Assembly (NCBI GenBank): GCA_001821615.1
Contig: MHMS01000022.1
Span: forward strand, 1-42,847
Length of the DNA stretch: 42,847 nucleotides
Origin: Candidatus Niyogibacteria bacterium RIFCSPLOWO2_12_FULL_41_13
Lineage (GTDB): Bacteria > Patescibacteriota > Minisyncoccia > 2-12-FULL-41-13
Direction of reading: 5' to 3'
Within the stretch, counting starts at the first letter, position 1. Every line of letters begins with the position of its first letter. Positions 17,038-25,708 of the stretch are shown here, piece by piece. Made by a program: the position numbers and the translations under genes. Below the pieces are notes generated by a model. That model saw only the letters and a program-made list of their open reading frames with translations, was not told where the DNA came from and did not search any database.

Positions 17038-17119
17038 ATAACTCCCATACAATTCTTCTCCTCTTTTTGTCTTTAGCTAAAATAACTCCCATACAATTCT
17101 TCTCCTCTTTTTGTCTTTA
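17038..17119. repeat. 38-bp exact direct repeat, 44-bp period
   Basis: ATAACTCCCATACAATTCTTCTCCTCTTTTTGTCTTTA at 17038-17075 and 17082-17119. Confidence 0.95.
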
Positions 17120-19091
17120 AAAGATTAGCCATACTTTGATTGCCTATGTTTTCAAAAGCATTGGCCGCTGTTTTGATATCGTTAACCGTAACTCCAGCTG
17201 ATTTCCCGATGACGTCAAGGTTCCTTCGGAATCTCGTAAGCGCCTCTCCTCCTTCCTCGGCAACATCAGCTATTGTGCTTGGCCTCATATTCTTAAAAGA
17301 CTTTAGTAATGCCGGAGATTTTGGTTCAGCCCATTGGTATCCCATACGTTCAATAACGCCGGCTGACCTGCCTGCTGATTTCATCTTTTCAATAGATTGC
17401 TCGATATATTTAGAACTCAAGCCAGTCATATCTTTTCTTGAAGCTAAAACTTCCTCAATTGCTATTCTTTCTTCAGGAGTAGTAAGACGTCGTTCGTGTA
17501 TTTTCTTCAGGTCGTAATTGCCGTATTGGTTAAATATTTTACTGCGCTCTTCAATACCTTTCTGAATGCCGCCTCTTATTTCCGCCATTTGACCAGGCGC
17601 CGCCCAACCCAATGTTCTTTCAAGTATTCCGCCTTTATCAATTGCCTTACCCGTTTTTTCATCGAGTTTAAACTTGCCCTTCTCGTCAAGCTCCGCCGGC
17701 CTTGTTATTCTGCCCTTAAGCGCGCCCCATCCTCTTTCTACTCCGTATTGCGGCCAATAACTCGCGCCTTGCCACGCTTTGCCGCCCGCCCACTTGCCCG
17801 CAATCCCCACCTTGCTGTTCATATAGCCCTGGGCTTGGCTCGCGTAAGAATAAATCGCTCCGGTTCCTTTTTCAGCAAGAGATCTCGCGAAAACAAGCGC
17901 GGCGTTAAAAACTATTATTAACAAAATGTATCTTGCAACGAATGTAATCAATCCTTCTTGGGTATTTATCATTGAAATATCCAGAGGGTTGTTCGCAGTA
18001 GGGAAAACATTGTTTATATTTAGCGATAAATGAACCGCAAGACTCAACATAAAAATAAGCACTGGCAAAAATATTGATTGCCTTATAAGAATCATCATCC
18101 ATTCTTTGCCATATCCTTCGGTTGCCGGCAAAGCCCACAAAAATAAAGCTGCCGGAGCAAGAATCATCGCAAGCCAAAGAGTGACTATTCTTAAAAAAAG
18201 CATTATCGCCGCTACTAAAAATGTAATGGCGGCGGTTATAAATACGAAAATCCCTAAAATTGTACCAATGCTGATGCTTGCGGCCGTTGCTATGAAACTT
18301 GCGTTTTGGTCAAGTTTTGCGTCGCGAATTTTCTGAGCAGAAAGTCCTTCCATCATCATGCTGGAAATAGAAACTTTCCTAAGATTTGCATTTACTAATT
18401 TCTCCTCTAGTGTAAGAGTTCTACCAAAAACACTATTGCCAACCCGACCCTCTCTTACCAATCGCGTCTGAAGTTTCTCAATTCTTGTTGTATAAATATA
18501 ATCAGCAAGACTATTTGAAAATTCTATGACATAACGCGAAAACAAAAGAGAAAAATTAATAAGCAAAATTATTATTATCAGGGTGGGCAGGGCTTTTTTA
18601 ACGCCGTAACTTTCCTGGCCAATAATTGTTCCGATGGCGATTATTAAGAGAATGAAAATAAACAATAAATTTACAGTGTCTCTGACATAAGTCCAGCCAG
18701 AATAAACAAATCCGCCAAAATTAATCGGGTCAAAAGTGGTTGGTTCTAAATTAAAATCAAGCACCCAATCAAATACTAGTCCAGCAAGTGCAACCAACCA
18801 ACTCGCAAGCCAGAGAAAAAAAGACAAAAAGTGCGCAAGACCCCAATTAATCCAGTCGCCAACCTCTCCGAGCGCAGCACTTACAACCTTTCCCGGAACT
18901 CCTGCAACCCAATTCCATATTTCCTTAACATTATCCCAAACCCACGACCCAGAATCGTTTTGGGGTGGCGGAGGTTGATTTTGGGGTGGACCTTGGGCAA
19001 AAACGCTAAACGGAAACAAATTGAACAACAAAACAAAAATTAACAAACCGATAATTATCTTTCCGGAAAAAATTTTAGATTTTAAATTCAT
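17073..19091 (-). CDS. VirB6/TrbL-like polytopic membrane protein
   Basis: GWTYVRDTVNLLFIFILL, LLINFSLLFSRYVIE, LRIVTLWLAMILAPAA; many TMs; in the VirB4 operon. Confidence 0.75.
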   Translation of the reverse strand: MNLKSKIFSGKIIIGLLIFVLLFNLFPFSVFAQGPPQNQPPPPQNDSGSWVWDNVKEIWNWVAGVPGKVVSAALGEVGDWINWGLAHFLSFFLWLASWLVALAGLVFDWVLDFNLEPTTFDPINFGGFVYSGWTYVRDTVNLLFIFILLIIAIGTIIGQESYGVKKALPTLIIIILLINFSLLFSRYVIEFSNSLADYIYTTRIEKLQTRLVREGRVGNSVFGRTLTLEEKLVNANLRKVSISSMMMEGLSAQKIRDAKLDQNASFIATAASISIGTILGIFVFITAAITFLVAAIMLFLRIVTLWLAMILAPAALFLWALPATEGYGKEWMMILIRQSIFLPVLIFMLSLAVHLSLNINNVFPTANNPLDISMINTQEGLITFVARYILLIIVFNAALVFARSLAEKGTGAIYSYASQAQGYMNSKVGIAGKWAGGKAWQGASYWPQYGVERGWGALKGRITRPAELDEKGKFKLDEKTGKAIDKGGILERTLGWAAPGQMAEIRGGIQKGIEERSKIFNQYGNYDLKKIHERRLTTPEERIAIEEVLASRKDMTGLSSKYIEQSIEKMKSAGRSAGVIERMGYQWAEPKSPALLKSFKNMRPSTIADVAEEGGEALTRFRRNLDVIGKSAGVTVNDIKTAANAFENIGNQSMANLLKTKRGEELYGSYFS

Positions 19092-19097
19092 ATTTCC

Positions 19098-21206
19098 CTA
19101 ATAATTGGGAGAAACATAAAATGTTTGCCTGGCGCAATTATTTTGCTCATTTGATTCGTTTAGCGCTCCTCCCGCGTCGGCGCATATTTCAAAAGCGTTT
19201 AATCCGGGGAACGACGCTTGCCATTTAGGCCAAATTGATACTTTTGTTTCGCCCGGAACGAGTTCGGAAACAGATTGGTCGGGCGATACGATAACATCAA
19301 AGCTCCCGTTATTGCCGGTGTCTATTTTTAATCTTGCCTGGGAAGGGGCGGAGACGGCTTCTCCCTGATTTTTAATCGCGCCGCTAAAAGTTATGTAGTC
19401 GCCCAAGCCGGAATACAAAGGAGAAAAATTGACGGAGGAAACAATTAAGTCGGGTTTCTTTATCACCTTAAAAATCTTGGACGCGCAATTATTGTTTTCG
19501 TTTTCTTCGTTTATCGCATTGTCGGCATCGGCGCAGATTTCAAATTTATGAACGCCTAAACTCGCGGTCCAAACATTTTGCCAGGTCTCGGTTTCCGCTC
19601 CGCCTGAAGTCAATAAACCAGTGTCGGCGATAAAAGTCGTGTCCCAGTTTCCGTTGTTATTAATATCAATTTTAAGTATTGTTTTTGACGCTTCGGAAAC
19701 TTCTCCCGTATTTTTGACCGTTCCGCGAAATGTCATTAGTTCGCCCACGCCCGGAATCGGAGGCGAAAAATCGGCCGATTCAACGGTTAAATCCGGCCGC
19801 AAGCCGGCAAGCTCGGGCGCTTGAAAAAACATATCGGCGCAATTATTGCTCTCGTCCGATTCATTGATTGAATTTTGAGCGTCGGCGCAAATTCTAAACT
19901 TATGATTTCCGGGAACCGCGGTCCAAACATTTTGCCAACTTACCGATTTTGTTTCTCCGGATTGCATAGAACCGACATCGGCAAAAGCGGAAACATCCCA
20001 TGTTCCGTTGTTTCCGGCGTCAATCTTTAATTCCGCTTTGCTCGCCTCGGCCGCAACCGCTCCAAAATTTCCAATATCTCCGTTAAAACTCATAATCTGG
20101 CCTGATTGCGGATTTAGCGGCGAATAGGAGAGAGTTTTAAAAACAGAAATGTCGGGTAGCGAAGTTTGCGTAAACGCGCCCCATGCCGGAGACGGACCGG
20201 ACTGCCATCCGCCAACTCCTTGATTGCCGGTTAAAATTTCAGTTATCAATCTGCTGACAACTGCCGCTATTACTTTATTCAAATCATCGGCGAGCTCCAA
20301 GGAACGGACGCCTGAACCAAGTTGGGTTGAGAGTTGTTCTTCTATTATGCTCCCCGGCGTGGCGATTTTCCCGTCTTTTGTTTTAAACGAAAGAAAACCG
20401 CGGCCGAAAGAAAGTTCGGATTGACTAATGCCAACAGCGGTTGCCTGTCTTCTCATTAGCTCGCTTTGAGCCATAAGATAAGAGCCATAGATATTATTCT
20501 GGGGTTTGGCAAGCTCATTCCAAGCGTCCCATCCGCCCAATAAAAATCCGCCATTCATAAAACCGGTAGTATTATTCACAATATCGCTTAGGGTACAGCG
20601 CGCTCTCTGAAAATAAGGAAAATTCAAACCGCTCTGAAGCGCGTTGTATAGCGGCAATCTAAACGGCGTACACAACAAATTAAAAATCTTCGGGTCCAAA
20701 ACCTGTTCTAAAAAATTGCCGGCGGCGCTGTCGGCTATGCTGGTCATATATCCCCCGATATCATTGACAAACAAAGAGCCGCTTCCTCCGCCGGGATACG
20801 AACCGCCGGTTTGAATCCAATTAACCATTGTCGCCGTTAATGTTCCGATCATCATTTTCATTAACTGATTGGCAAGCTGGTCCCAACTGCCCATCGGCAC
20901 AAACGGAACCGGTCCGACGCTTTTTTGATGCGAACTGGCGATATACTGTCCTGATAAAGTTTCCGTTCCAAGCAAACTGGTTTGAAGTCCAGTTTGCATT
21001 GTGTTTTGCACCGCGTTCTTCGCGGAAGTCGCCTGGATTGCCATCGTGGTTGAAAGAAGAGGCCCTGGTATTTCCTGTACCGGTATCGCTTCGGCTTTTT
21101 TAGGAAAACTTAAAAAACCAAAAGGAAAAATCAAAGCAAATATTAAAATAGCGACGGTAAAATTTTTATATAAATCAGTTTTGGATTTTGAATTGTAATT
21201 TTGCAT
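19098..21206 (-). CDS. Secreted protein: helical N-domain plus three CARDB-like Ig domains
   Basis: Signal peptide PKKAEA; three PD(I/L)...N.G...ICADA.N.INE..E.NNC repeats. Confidence 0.8.
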   Translation of the reverse strand: MQNYNSKSKTDLYKNFTVAILIFALIFPFGFLSFPKKAEAIPVQEIPGPLLSTTMAIQATSAKNAVQNTMQTGLQTSLLGTETLSGQYIASSHQKSVGPVPFVPMGSWDQLANQLMKMMIGTLTATMVNWIQTGGSYPGGGSGSLFVNDIGGYMTSIADSAAGNFLEQVLDPKIFNLLCTPFRLPLYNALQSGLNFPYFQRARCTLSDIVNNTTGFMNGGFLLGGWDAWNELAKPQNNIYGSYLMAQSELMRRQATAVGISQSELSFGRGFLSFKTKDGKIATPGSIIEEQLSTQLGSGVRSLELADDLNKVIAAVVSRLITEILTGNQGVGGWQSGPSPAWGAFTQTSLPDISVFKTLSYSPLNPQSGQIMSFNGDIGNFGAVAAEASKAELKIDAGNNGTWDVSAFADVGSMQSGETKSVSWQNVWTAVPGNHKFRICADAQNSINESDESNNCADMFFQAPELAGLRPDLTVESADFSPPIPGVGELMTFRGTVKNTGEVSEASKTILKIDINNNGNWDTTFIADTGLLTSGGAETETWQNVWTASLGVHKFEICADADNAINEENENNNCASKIFKVIKKPDLIVSSVNFSPLYSGLGDYITFSGAIKNQGEAVSAPSQARLKIDTGNNGSFDVIVSPDQSVSELVPGETKVSIWPKWQASFPGLNAFEICADAGGALNESNEQNNCARQTFYVSPNY

Positions 21207-21221
21207 TTTGAATTTTGCTTG

Positions 21222-21247
21222 CCCACCGAAGCTTTAGCGAAGGTGGG
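21222..21247. repeat. Short REP-like hairpin
   Basis: CCCACC-GAAGCTTTAGCGAA-GGTGGG embedded in a heptamer tract; core resembles 30913-30929. Confidence 0.6.
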
Positions 21248-21256
21248 ATTTTTGAA

Positions 21257-22255
21257 TTATTTCACGATAAACGCTCCTCCCTCGTTTTTCCCGAAAACTA
21301 TCCCGTCTTTTACGGCCAGAATCCTGAAATCTTCTTCAAATTTTTTCCATCTGACCGCTTCATCAAGATACCAGTTCATTCCCAAAACCATTTTAAGCTG
21401 GTCCTGAAAAACCAATTTCATCGCCGCTACGCTTTTTTCCAAATTGTTCATTATATTCATAAGAAGCAAATGCAAGCTTATGTAATTTTTATTCTCGGGA
21501 ACAATCAGATTTTGCAAATCGGAAACGGTTTTCTGGTAAGCGCTTATATAGGGAACAAGCTTTTCCAATTCTTCTTCTTTTCCTTTTGCCAAAGATTCGT
21601 TCAAAATCTCAAATTCGTTTCCTTTTATGTTTTTAAAATTATTTTCCAGAATTTCTCCCAATCTGTTGAGGTAAATTTTTTTATTCTCTTTTGTCGGCTC
21701 AATGAATTTATTCAAATCTTTTTCCGAAAATTCGTCTTTCAGGGTTCGCCCTTCGCTTTGACTTAAAATATCTTTCGCAAGATTATCCGGAGAAATCGCC
21801 GGCGTCTCGCCTTTCCCTTTCTGGGAAAAATATTGGACAATCAATTGGCGGGCGAGTTCTTCGGTTAAATTTTTCGGCGAACTGAAAGTCGGCTCCGGCT
21901 CTTTTGGCAAGGATTGGAATTGCGCCAATTTGTCATCCGGCCCGGGTTTCAAAGGGTCCCGACCTTGTTTTAGTTCTTCGCCGTCTTTTACTCCGTCTCC
22001 GTCGGTGTCGGGATTATTCGGGTCGGTTCCCCAAAGCTTTTCTTCCCAGTCTTTAAGGCCGTCGTTGTCGGAATCAAGCTGGGCTTCCGTGATTTGAGTT
22101 AATCCTCCTTTTTGCGAAATAGTCTCTTTTTGCCCTGTTTTTTCGGTGTTATCGCCCGCTTTCGGCTTTTTAAACAACAAAAAAATAACTCCGGCTATCG
22201 CGAGCCCCGCTATCAATATTATTATAAATTTTCTGGACGGAAACCAGTTCGCCAA
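21257..22255 (-). CDS. Membrane-anchored protein with Ca-binding (TSP3-like) repeats
   Basis: TM then DSDNDGLKDWEE...GTDPNNPDTDGDGVKDGEE...DPL. Confidence 0.82.
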   Translation of the reverse strand: MANWFPSRKFIIILIAGLAIAGVIFLLFKKPKAGDNTEKTGQKETISQKGGLTQITEAQLDSDNDGLKDWEEKLWGTDPNNPDTDGDGVKDGEELKQGRDPLKPGPDDKLAQFQSLPKEPEPTFSSPKNLTEELARQLIVQYFSQKGKGETPAISPDNLAKDILSQSEGRTLKDEFSEKDLNKFIEPTKENKKIYLNRLGEILENNFKNIKGNEFEILNESLAKGKEEELEKLVPYISAYQKTVSDLQNLIVPENKNYISLHLLLMNIMNNLEKSVAAMKLVFQDQLKMVLGMNWYLDEAVRWKKFEEDFRILAVKDGIVFGKNEGGAFIVK

Positions 22256-22411
22256 TGCCTTATTTTACAACAATCTTTCCATTATTTATATGTGGATAAC
22301 ACAAAAGCTCAAAATTCAAAACGCAAAACGCAAAATTACATAAGAATTTAATTAAAATGTATGGTAAAATAAATTCAACTATAGAGATTCAACCTCCATA
22401 ATTATAAAACC

Positions 22412-23146
22412 ATGAGAAAAATCATAATTGGAAACTGGAAAATGAATCCGAAGACAACCGAAGAAGCAAAAAAGCTGTTTAGGAAGGCCTCGGAAATCAA
22501 AACAAAAAAATCGGAAATTATCATCGCTCCGCCTTTTATTTATTTGCCCTTGCTTAAATCAAGAAAAATAAAACTTGCCGCCCAAGATGTTTTTTACAAA
22601 CAAGAGGACGCTTATACTGGAGAAATTTCGCCGGCAATGCTGAAATCTTTGGGCGTAAATTACGCGCTCGTTGGCCACAGCGAACGGCGAATGGAAATCG
22701 GCGAAGACGACGAATTGATAAATAAAAAAGTTAAAGCCGGCTTAAAAGCCGGACTTAAAATCATCTTGGCGGTCGGCGAAAAACAAAGAGACGGAGAAGA
22801 GTTTTGGAAATTTTTAAAAAATCAAATAAAAAGCGACCTAAGGGGCGTTCAAAAAAAACTTGCCAAAAATTTAATCATTGCTTATGAGCCAGTTTGGGCG
22901 ATTGGAACAAAAAAACCGATTTATCCCGGAGACCTTTTGGAAACCGCGATTTTTATCCGCCGGACATTGCTTGATATTTTTGGCAGAAAAATAGCTTTGA
23001 CGGTGAAAATTCTTTACGGCGGTTCGGTTGAGCCGGAAAACGCAAGAGAATTTTTAGAAACAGAGGGAATTTCGGGTTTGCTGGTCGGCAACGCGAGTTT
23101 GGACGCGGAAAAATTCAAAAAGATTATCAAAGAAACCGATAAATGA
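22412..23146 (+). CDS. tpiA: Triosephosphate isomerase
   Basis: GNWKMN, YTGEISP, GHSERR, AYEPVWAIGT, LYGGSV. Confidence 0.97.
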   Translation: MRKIIIGNWKMNPKTTEEAKKLFRKASEIKTKKSEIIIAPPFIYLPLLKSRKIKLAAQDVFYKQEDAYTGEISPAMLKSLGVNYALVGHSERRMEIGEDDELINKKVKAGLKAGLKIILAVGEKQRDGEEFWKFLKNQIKSDLRGVQKKLAKNLIIAYEPVWAIGTKKPIYPGDLLETAIFIRRTLLDIFGRKIALTVKILYGGSVEPENAREFLETEGISGLLVGNASLDAEKFKKIIKETDK

Positions 23147-24177
23147 TAAACATAAAAAACAAAAAAGTTCTAATGAGGGTTGATTTCAATCTTCCGATTG
23201 TCAGGGGCAAGGTTCAAGACGATTTTCGCGTCAGGAAAGTCTTGCCTTCAATCAAAAAATTGAACAAACAAGGCGGGAAACTTATTTTAATCAGTCATCT
23301 TAACGTTGAAGGCAGGTATCCTTCTTTGGAAAAAGTCGCCGCGTTTATAAGAAAGAGATATTTGAAAAATCTTATTTTTGTCAAAGATTTGACCGGACCG
23401 AAAGCAAAAAACGCCGTTTTGAACCTTGAATCAGGAGGCATGGTTCTGTTGGAAAATTTAAGAAAATACCGCGGAGAAGAAGGAAACGCTCCGTCCTTCG
23501 CGAAAAAACTCGCAAAACTCGCCGACATTTACATAAACGAGGCGTTTTCCGCGAGCCACCGCCCCCACGCTTCTATCGTCGGCGTTCCAAAATATCTTCC
23601 GAGTTGTTTCGGAGAATTATTCAAAAAAGAAATAAAAAATTTAAGCCGGGCGTTCCGTCCGCCTCATCCGTTTTTGCTGATTTTGGGCGGAAAAAAAATC
23701 AAGACAAAACTTCCTTTGATTGAAAAATTTTTAAACAAAGCCGATTTTATCGCAATCGGCGGAAAACTCGTTTCCGAATTTAAAGCGGAAAAAAATCCGC
23801 CTGAAAAAATAATTTTGCCTGTTGACGCGATTGCGAAAAATAATATAATTTACGACTTGGGACAAAAATCAACGGACAAAATTATTGAATTGGCTCAAGG
23901 AAGCAAATTTGTCTTATGGAACGGGCCATTAGGATGGATTGAAGGCGGGTTTGAAAAAGGAACAAAAAAACTGGCCCGCGCCCTTGCCCGTTCCGATAAA
24001 AAAATCATTGTCGGCGGAGGCGACACAGTCGGCTATTTGGACAAACTCGGATTGCTTCCGAGATTTTCTTTTGTTTCAACCGGCGGAGGGGCGATGCTTG
24101 AATTTTTAGCCAAAGAAACTTTGCCGGGGATAGAAGCCATAGTAAAATCAAATATCAAAAATCAAAATGCAAAATGA
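23143..24177 (+). CDS. pgk: Phosphoglycerate kinase
   Basis: RVDFNLP, LLENLR, HRPHAS, WNGPLG, GGGDT, STGGGAMLEFL. Confidence 0.96.
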   Translation: MINIKNKKVLMRVDFNLPIVRGKVQDDFRVRKVLPSIKKLNKQGGKLILISHLNVEGRYPSLEKVAAFIRKRYLKNLIFVKDLTGPKAKNAVLNLESGGMVLLENLRKYRGEEGNAPSFAKKLAKLADIYINEAFSASHRPHASIVGVPKYLPSCFGELFKKEIKNLSRAFRPPHPFLLILGGKKIKTKLPLIEKFLNKADFIAIGGKLVSEFKAEKNPPEKIILPVDAIAKNNIIYDLGQKSTDKIIELAQGSKFVLWNGPLGWIEGGFEKGTKKLARALARSDKKIIVGGGDTVGYLDKLGLLPRFSFVSTGGGAMLEFLAKETLPGIEAIVKSNIKNQNAK

Positions 24178-24246
24178 CAAACCAAAAGTCAAAATGCAAA
24201 GCGAAAAATATAAAATAATAAATTAAAAATATTTTAAATTTAATTT

Positions 24247-25080
24247 ATGAAATCAATTGTTGTTTTATATCACAAAGATTGTCTGGACGGATTTAGCGCG
24301 GCTTGGGCCGCCTACAAAAAATTCAACGGAAAAGCGAAATACATCGGTGTTGAACACCGTTCTATTCCGCCAAAATTGGAAAATAAAGAAATTTATTTTG
24401 TTGATTTTTGCTATAAAGAGCCGGAAATGAAAAAACTTCTTGAAAAAAATCAAAAGGTGGTTGTTATTGACCACCACCAAAGCCAAAAATCGCTTATTAA
24501 AAAATTAATTTCCGAGCATTCATACGACTTAAACCATTCCGGAGCGGTTTTAACCTGGAAATATTTTCATCCGGGAAAACCAGTTCCAAAACTTCTCCTT
24601 TATATTGAAGACAACGACCTGTGGAAATTTAAGCTTGGAAAGACCAGGGAAATAATCAGCGTCTTGGCGTTATACGACTTTAATTTTTCGGTCTGGAACA
24701 AACTTGAAAAAGATTTGGAAAACGCGAAAAAAAGGCAAAAATATATTGGCGACGGAAAATTGCTTTTGAAATATCAGGCGAAAATAATCGCGGACATCGC
24801 CAAAAAAGCTTATCGGGTTGTTTTTAAAAAACATCGTTCTCTCGCGGTAAATTCCTCTTCTTCTCTTCTGCATTCGGAACTCGGAAACGCTTTGGTTAAA
24901 AAGGGTTATCCCATCGGCATTGTTTGGTATCAAATAAAAAACAGGATAAAAGTTTCTTTAAGGTCGGACGGAAAAACCGATGTGGCGAAATTAGCCGAGA
25001 AATACGGCGGAGGAGGGCATAAGGCGGCGGCTGGATTTAGTTTTAAGGTCGGCAAAAAATTTCCCTGGAAACAAATATGA
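24247..25080 (+). CDS. DHH/DHHA1 phosphoesterase (nanoRNase-like)
   Basis: YHKDCLDG, IDHH, SLRS, GGGGHKAAAGF. Confidence 0.9.
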   Translation: MKSIVVLYHKDCLDGFSAAWAAYKKFNGKAKYIGVEHRSIPPKLENKEIYFVDFCYKEPEMKKLLEKNQKVVVIDHHQSQKSLIKKLISEHSYDLNHSGAVLTWKYFHPGKPVPKLLLYIEDNDLWKFKLGKTREIISVLALYDFNFSVWNKLEKDLENAKKRQKYIGDGKLLLKYQAKIIADIAKKAYRVVFKKHRSLAVNSSSSLLHSELGNALVKKGYPIGIVWYQIKNRIKVSLRSDGKTDVAKLAEKYGGGGHKAAAGFSFKVGKKFPWKQI

Positions 25081-25514
25081 CGATAATTATTTACTGCGAC
25101 GGCGGAAGTTTGGGCAATCCCGGACCGGCGGCGATCGGCGCGGTCATCAAAGACAAAAAAGAAAATCTGCTTAAAAAATACGGAAAAGAAATCGGCGTTA
25201 AAACCAACAATCAGGCGGAATACGAAGCGATTATTTTCGGCTTAAAAAAAGCAAAACAGATTTTTGGCGGAGAAAAAATCAAAAAAATGACGATAGAAAT
25301 TCGCTCGGATTCCGAACTTATCATCAATCAGCTAAACGGAAAATTTAAAATCAAAGAAAAAGATTTAATTCCCCTGTTTATTGAAATCTGGAATTTAAAA
25401 ACAGCTTTGGGCAATGTTGTTTTTAAACAAATCCCGAGAGAACAAAGCGAAGAAGCTCACAACGCGCTTTCCGAAGCATTGACGCAAAATAAAAAAAATG
25501 CTTCACTGTTTTAG
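25077..25514 (+). CDS. rnhA: Ribonuclease HI family protein
   Basis: DGGSLGNPGPAAIG, TNNQAEY, SDSEL. Confidence 0.88.
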   Translation: MTIIIYCDGGSLGNPGPAAIGAVIKDKKENLLKKYGKEIGVKTNNQAEYEAIIFGLKKAKQIFGGEKIKKMTIEIRSDSELIINQLNGKFKIKEKDLIPLFIEIWNLKTALGNVVFKQIPREQSEEAHNALSEALTQNKKNASLF

Positions 25515-25537
25515 ATTCTTTTAGATTCTTAGGGAGT

Positions 25538-25621
25538 CCGGGTGTAGCTTAATTAAGAAGTTCGCGCAAAGCGCCGGAAATATTTCGGAAAATGCGGGTT
25601 CAAATCCTGCCGCCCGGACCA
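25538..25621 (+). ncRNA. tRNA-like element/pseudo-tRNA, no assignable anticodon
   Basis: Acceptor CCGGGTG/CGCCCGG + A + CCA, TAGC at positions 8-11, T arm GCGGG-TTCAAAT-CCTGC; 18-nt D loop; anticodon arm non-canonical. Confidence 0.7.
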
Positions 25622-25631
25622 AATCTATTTT

Positions 25632-25669
25632 AAGGGCATTTGGGGACATTTTGCCCTTTTATTTTTTTT
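25632..25669 (+). terminator. Probable intrinsic terminator
   Basis: AAGGGCA...TGCCCTT stem then T-rich run. Confidence 0.55.
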
Positions 25670-25708
25670 AAAATTGGAAATTGGAAATTGGAAATTGTAT
25701 AATGGGAA

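Noticed and set aside
17038..17119. CRISPR array
   Set aside because: Only two copies, 6-nt spacer, repeat is coding sequence, no cas genes
21215..21766. 183-aa plus-strand ORF and similar antisense ORFs (e.g. 10388..10870, 12462..12902, 32043..32597, 37665..38156)
   Set aside because: Shadows of well-supported opposite-strand genes with Phe/Ser-rich composition
22291..22299. DnaA box TGTGGATAA as replication origin
   Set aside because: Single box seen, no cluster and no dnaA/dnaN nearby
25511..25530. TTAGATTCTT tandem duplication as target-site duplication of the tRNA-like element
   Set aside because: Both copies are adjacent on one side and none is found downstream
25538..25621. Functional tRNA-Pro or intron-containing tRNA
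   Set aside because: No 7-nt loop with U33 and no NGG anticodon; no second half nearby
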